Below the pieces are notes generated by a model, which was not told the origin of the DNA, made no database searches, and saw only the letters and a program-made list of their open reading frames with translations. Both the position numbers and the translations under genes were made by a program. Shown piece after piece: positions 59,338 through 64,000 of a stretch of 64,000 bases of DNA. Numbering within the stretch: position 1 is the stretch's first letter; every line of letters starts with the position of its first letter. Source of the stretch: a virus (taxonomy: Duplodnaviria; Heunggongvirae; Uroviricota; Caudoviricetes); IMG/VR virus record IMGVR_UViG_2791355477_000007; one strand, given 5' to 3'.

Positions 59338-59874
59338 TCACGCTCCTTTTTTTACAAATTCTTCGATATATGCTTTAATGGCTGTTAAAGCTATACCAAT
59401 CGCATCCGTTTCATGATTTGTTTTGGCTTTTATCCCATGTTGTTCACAAAAATCTTCTATCGCTTTTTGCAGGTCTTCTTTTGTTGCTCGCCCATACCCT
59501 GCAACGTGTTTTTTCACTGTACCTGGAACAAAATCTTTAATCCATAAACCTAATTCTCCTGCTACAAGAAATACAACACCAGTAACCATATTTGTCGTCA
59601 TAATTGATGCAGATTTATTTCTATTGTCATTTTTTTGTTTGGGATTATAAAATAGCTTTTCACAAGCTATGATATCTGTATTATATTTAAGATTGTAAGT
59701 TTTTATCATTTCATAGATGGTAAGTAGTCTATCTTCTAACAATTCACTGGATTTTGTTTTTAGCGTTCCTGTATCAAGTTTCATGTATTGATTTGTATCT
59801 ATATCATATTCAATAAATGCATATCCCAAGTTCGCCAAACCTTGGTCTATTCCACATGCAATAATTTTAGTCAT
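59338..59874 (-). CDS. ruvC: Holliday junction resolvase RuvC
   Basis: GIDQG, ACEKLF, VKKHVAGYGRATK, HETDA. Confidence 0.9.
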   Translation of the reverse strand: MTKIIACGIDQGLANLGYAFIEYDIDTNQYMKLDTGTLKTKSSELLEDRLLTIYEMIKTYNLKYNTDIIACEKLFYNPKQKNDNRNKSASIMTTNMVTGVVFLVAGELGLWIKDFVPGTVKKHVAGYGRATKEDLQKAIEDFCEQHGIKAKTNHETDAIGIALTAIKAYIEEFVKKGA

Positions 59875-60676
59875 TAACCTGCACTTCTATTGTTATTCCA
59901 AATTCATCAAATGATGTCTTTAATAATTCTAAAAACTCTGGGTTTGCATAAGAAATAGTAATTGATTCTGTCTCCATTAATAATGCAAGTGCCGTAACAA
60001 AACTCAAATCATGAATTAGCGAATTCATTTTCACTCTGGTATCATACAACTCTATCCCAAAACATTCCTTCATTGTATCAGCCGTATAAACATCACCATC
60101 TGAATCTTTTATTTCCACTCGTTCATTTACAAGTAATAATTCTAAACGTTCAAATGCACATAACGACTTTCCTTTGCTTATTAAAGTTTGAAAACAAATC
60201 AAGGAAACATCTTGCTCTTCTTCTGCATCTTGTTCAAAACTTGTTAAAGCATTCTCCATACTATTTACAAACAAAACAGCACTTCTTTTCAAATCAGAAG
60301 TATTAAATAGAATAAACGTCTCAATATCCAGTTGTTTTTGTGATTCAAAAAATTCCTGCAACCTATCACTTATCATTTGAACAAGAATAGACATTCCCTC
60401 TACTTGTTGAAGTAATTCCTTACTTAGGCAAGCTGAAATATAAACATCCTCAAATCCTTTTTCTTGCATTTCCATCTTGCTGTATTTTTTAAATGCCTGT
60501 TTTGTAATGTGTCGTGATAAAACATCCAAAATACGATTATATCCATCTTGATTATTCCAATTTAATTCTAATTGGTTCCCACTATGTAATGCAGAGTAAA
60601 TCATTAATGGAGTTAACAGCATTTCCGCATATAAACTTTTAATATCTTCTGTATTTTTTACTGTAATTTTATTCAT
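59867..60676 (-). CDS. YtxC-like protein
   Basis: LDIETFILF and D..F.TAL..L.....I.I resemble YtxC; tentative. Confidence 0.5.
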   Translation of the reverse strand: MNKITVKNTEDIKSLYAEMLLTPLMIYSALHSGNQLELNWNNQDGYNRILDVLSRHITKQAFKKYSKMEMQEKGFEDVYISACLSKELLQQVEGMSILVQMISDRLQEFFESQKQLDIETFILFNTSDLKRSAVLFVNSMENALTSFEQDAEEEQDVSLICFQTLISKGKSLCAFERLELLLVNERVEIKDSDGDVYTADTMKECFGIELYDTRVKMNSLIHDLSFVTALALLMETESITISYANPEFLELLKTSFDEFGITIEVQVND

Positions 60677-60725
60677 TATTGCACCTCTAATTTCATATTT
60701 ATTTACTTAAATTATCCTATTTACA

Positions 60726-60739
60726 CAAACTATAGTCAA
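60726..60739 (-). promoter_or_regulatory. palindrome-family site / promoter of the ruvC operon
   Basis: CAAACTATAGTCAA; minus strand TTGACT-N17-GATAAT. Confidence 0.6.
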
Positions 60740-60796
60740 CGCAAAAAGGGTTCGTCTCTTTTCTACCTTCTAAGAGACAAACCCTTTTATTATGCA

Positions 60797-63028
60797 CTAA
60801 AAATTAATACCTTTTTTACCCCTCGTCTTTCGTTCTACCTTCGATAGTTCTATCTGTTTTCCATTTAGTTGTTTCACATCTTTATTGTTTTCATTTAAAA
60901 TGTAAACCCCTTCAATTACATCCTCTTCCATAAGCGATACAGCTTTAACACCTTTTGCATTTTTCCTCAGAACAGGGATTTCATTAATGCTAAATCGTAA
61001 GATATAACCTTTTTTCGAAAACACAAGAACATCTTCATCTACTTCATTAATTGGAGTTATTTGAATAACTTCATCATCTTCTTCTAATTTAGTCGCTACT
61101 ACAACTGAACGACTTGAAATTAATTCACTGCATAACGTTTGTTTAATCAAACCTGTCTTTGTTAACATGATTACTCTTTCTGTTTCTAATTCAGTATTTG
61201 TTGTAATGTATAATGGATACTCATTCTTTTTCATTTTTCCTAATCGCTGAATTGGTACACCTTTGTCTTTTATTTTTACCTTAGGGATATCCGCTAATTT
61301 AATTTGATATAGTCGTCCCTGATTTGTAAAAACTGAAAGCTTAGATGTATTTTTTGTTAGAATCTCTTGTTTATACTCAGACAACGTTTCTTCTGAACTT
61401 CTTTCAACAGAAATTGTATCTACTGACTTTGTGTATCCAAACTTATCAATCAATACCCATACATCTTCTTCTTTTATTTCTTCTACATATTCAATTGTTT
61501 TCTTTTCTTGAATTTCAGTTCGTCTCTCTCTTCCGAAATCCTTTTTAAAACCCCTTAAATACTTCTTGATAACTTTTAACATCTCTTTTTCACTACCTAA
61601 AACCAATTCGTACTCTTCCATTTCAGCAAGTACCTCTTTATATTCCTGATTTAATTGCTCAACTTCTAATCCGATTAGTTTTTGCAGACGCATATCTAAA
61701 ATTGCTTGTGCTTGCTTTTCTGTGAAAGCGAATTTCTTAGCAATATTCTCATGCTTCTTTGTTTTAAACGAGATTGATTCAGTATTCCCTTCCATTAAAC
61801 ACACTTTTGCTTCTTTCGATTTCTTAGCCCCTCTTAACATTTCAATGATGGTATCCATCATTTCCTCGGCTTTGACTAACCCTTCTAAAATCTCTTTTCG
61901 AACTTGTGCTTTGCTAAGAAGATATTCATATCGCTTTCTTGTTATCTCTTTTTGGAAATCAAAATAATGCTTACAGTAATCCTTTAAATTAATTGTAGTT
62001 GGAACTCCATTTACTAAAACTAAATATTGATAAGATTCACTTGATTGTAAAGGTGTTTTGCTATACAGCTTATTTAATAAATTATCTATATCTACACCTT
62101 TTTTTACTTCCAATACAATCCGAATACCATCTTTATCGCTTTCATCTGTAACATTCACAATTTCCTCTAATTTCTTCTCAATTACCATTGTTATTAACTT
62201 GTATGTTAAATTCGTTTTAGATCCTGAATATGGATAAGGAATTTCTTTTACCACTAAATTCTTCCTACCATATCCTGCATCTTCTATATCTATCTTGGCT
62301 CTTATTACCGCCTTACCAATACCCGTTCTATATAAGTCTCTCAGTTCATTCTTATTTGTAATAATACCTCCAGACGGATAATCAGGTGCTTCTATTATAT
62401 CAATTAATGACTCTATATCGATATCTTGTTTATCTGCATATGCAATCAATGTATCAACAACACTATTTACACCATGAGGTGGTGTTTTGTAAGCCATACC
62501 AACCGCAATACCTACCCCACCATTTACTAATAGATTTGGAACTTTCGCAGGTAATACAACTGGCTCTCTTTCAGATGCATCAAAGTTGTCTCTAAAATCA
62601 ACTACACCTTTCGACAAATCCTGTATCATTTCCATTGCTACAGGAGATAACCTCGCTTCTGTGTAACGCATTGCGGCCGCAGAGTCTCCATCTACTGAAC
62701 CGAAGTTACCATGCCCATCAATAAGCGGAGCATTTTTCACAAAATCCTGTGCTTGCTTTACCATTGATTCATATACTGCCGAGTCTCCATGTGGATGATA
62801 TTTACCAATTACTTCCCCAACAATACGTGCTGATTTTTTATAAGCCTTATCAGGATACATTCCTAAATCACCCATCGCATACAAAATCCTACGATGTACA
62901 GGTTTTAGTCCATCACGAACATCTGGCAATGCTCTATCTGTAACTACAGTCAAAGCATAATCTATAAATGAACTCTTCATTTCTTTTGAATATGATATAG
63001 TTTCAATTTTTCCTCCCAATTGTATCAA
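60797..63028 (-). CDS. gyrA: type IIA topoisomerase subunit A (GyrA/ParC family)
   Basis: [33 protein letters not shown] (catalytic Tyr); shortened CTD, no clear GyrA-box. Confidence 0.85.
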   Translation of the reverse strand: MIQLGGKIETISYSKEMKSSFIDYALTVVTDRALPDVRDGLKPVHRRILYAMGDLGMYPDKAYKKSARIVGEVIGKYHPHGDSAVYESMVKQAQDFVKNAPLIDGHGNFGSVDGDSAAAMRYTEARLSPVAMEMIQDLSKGVVDFRDNFDASEREPVVLPAKVPNLLVNGGVGIAVGMAYKTPPHGVNSVVDTLIAYADKQDIDIESLIDIIEAPDYPSGGIITNKNELRDLYRTGIGKAVIRAKIDIEDAGYGRKNLVVKEIPYPYSGSKTNLTYKLITMVIEKKLEEIVNVTDESDKDGIRIVLEVKKGVDIDNLLNKLYSKTPLQSSESYQYLVLVNGVPTTINLKDYCKHYFDFQKEITRKRYEYLLSKAQVRKEILEGLVKAEEMMDTIIEMLRGAKKSKEAKVCLMEGNTESISFKTKKHENIAKKFAFTEKQAQAILDMRLQKLIGLEVEQLNQEYKEVLAEMEEYELVLGSEKEMLKVIKKYLRGFKKDFGRERRTEIQEKKTIEYVEEIKEEDVWVLIDKFGYTKSVDTISVERSSEETLSEYKQEILTKNTSKLSVFTNQGRLYQIKLADIPKVKIKDKGVPIQRLGKMKKNEYPLYITTNTELETERVIMLTKTGLIKQTLCSELISSRSVVVATKLEEDDEVIQITPINEVDEDVLVFSKKGYILRFSINEIPVLRKNAKGVKAVSLMEEDVIEGVYILNENNKDVKQLNGKQIELSKVERKTRGKKGINF

Positions 63029-63177
63029 CTCCTTTTATTTTTACAACAAGTTACTCCATATAACTTGCTATCTATCAACACATTTTATTACATATATTTT
63101 TTATTCATAATTCTATAGAACTCTTATAAAACCAAATTAATATGCCCGAAAGATAGAACAATTATAACATATTTTTA

Positions 63178-63191
63178 TTTACTATTGTCAA
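63178..63191 (-). promoter_or_regulatory. palindrome-family site upstream of the topoisomerase gene
   Basis: TTTACTATTGTCAA. Confidence 0.6.
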
Positions 63192-63304
63192 TAAAACTTG
63201 TAACTATAAAACCTCCCCTATTAAAATACATAATCCATTCTTAAATCAATTAAACACAAAAAAGGTAGCCCATTTACTGGACTACCTTCATCTATTTTAC
63301 CGAA

Positions 63305-64000
63305 TTAGTTTTGTTTTTTTGATTTACGTCTCATAACCACACTTGCAAGTATTGCTAATCCACCTGCAATTAAACTTCCCATAGTTGTAGATTGGTCACC
63401 GCCTGTTTCTGGTAATTTTTTATCTTTAGCTTCTGCTTTCGTTTCCTTCGCAGTTTCTTTAGATGTCGCTTTTGTATCTTTTTCTACTTTTTTATCAGTA
63501 GGTTTATTAATCTCATCTTTAACAGTTTCTTTTTTATCCACTTGTTTTTCAGCAACTTTTTCATTACCTTCATTGTTAGTAGATGTTACTGTTTCTTTGT
63601 TTTCTTTTTCAGCAGTTACTTTGTCTTCAATTTTATTATCTTTATTTCCCGTTACAGAACCACCATCTGTTTGTGTACCTTTGTCTTCTGTTACAGTGCC
63701 TTTATCGTCTTTGTTGCCTTTGTCCTCGTTCGTACCTTTATCTTCTGTTACAGTGCCTTTATCGTCTTTGTTGACTTTGTCCTCGTTCGTACCTTTATCT
63801 TCTGTTACTGTACCATTATCTTCTTTGTTGCCTTTGTCCTCGTTCGTACCTTTATCTTCTGTTACTGTACCATTATCTTCTTTGTTGCCTTTGTCCTCGT
63901 TCGTACCTTTATCTTCTGTTACTGTACCATTATCTTCTTTGTTGCCTTTGTCCTCGTTCGTACCTTTATCTTCTGTTACTGTACCATTATCTTCTTTGTT
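63305..64000 (-). CDS. LPXTG cell-wall-anchored repeat protein (partial)
   Basis: LPETG + TM + RRKSKK tail; frame open to the window end. Confidence 0.85.
   Translation of the reverse strand, partial: NKEDNGTVTEDKGTNEDKGNKEDNGTVTEDKGTNEDKGNKEDNGTVTEDKGTNEDKGNKEDNGTVTEDKGTNEDKVNKDDKGTVTEDKGTNEDKGNKDDKGTVTEDKGTQTDGGSVTGNKDNKIEDKVTAEKENKETVTSTNNEGNEKVAEKQVDKKETVKDEINKPTDKKVEKDTKATSKETAKETKAEAKDKKLPETGGDQSTTMGSLIAGGLAILASVVMRRKSKKQN
63675..64000. repeat. 57-bp coding tandem repeat (about 5.7 copies visible)
   Basis: encodes TVTEDKGTNEDKGNKEDNG. Confidence 0.9.

Noticed and set aside
357-63774. Many short opposite-strand ORFs in the track (e.g. 357..548, 6432..6749, 26898..27308, 34791..35204, 36123..36575, 39856..40206, 61345..62943)
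   Set aside because: They are shadows of better-supported genes, lack an RBS and have F/L/S-rich antisense composition.
63675-64000. 57-bp repeats as a CRISPR array
   Set aside because: The units are contiguous with no unique spacers and are in frame in a coding sequence.
1-64000. Prophage structural module, tRNA or rRNA genes, cas operon
   Set aside because: No terminase, capsid, tail, integrase or cas motifs, and no tRNA or rRNA signatures were recognised.

Overview
AT-rich, gene-dense window of about 110 mostly short CDS with Firmicutes-type RBSs and sigma-A promoters. It most resembles the accessory and replication region of a large Bacillus (probably cereus-group) megaplasmid or plasmid-phage; this is inferred from gene content. 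Recognisable genes: gyrA/parC-type topoisomerase subunit, ruvC, ssb, a primase, an nrnB-like DHH protein, nrdI, kptA, NT5C, Nudix, tyrosine phosphatase, DUF262, ASCH, GNAT, a SleB-like hydrolase, a degenerate VirD4-like ATPase, two Zn-ribbon/Vsr-type endonucleases and an LPXTG repeat protein. No rRNA or tRNA seen. Most notable: (1) about 23 intergenic copies of a 14-bp palindrome TTGACTATAGTCAA that usually doubles as a promoter -35 box, suggesting a replicon-wide regulon with an unknown regulator; (2) an orphan mini-CRISPR array with an intact-looking leader and no cas genes in the window; (3) a tnpB-only IS200/IS605 element with a LexA box, whose disrupted target gene can be rebuilt in frame; (4) an ADP-ribosyltransferase-like + HD fusion and a catalytically degenerate triple-HTH LAGLIDADG protein; (5) a second dispersed leader motif, TATAAAACAGGTA. 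All family calls come from motifs read by eye; no searches were run.
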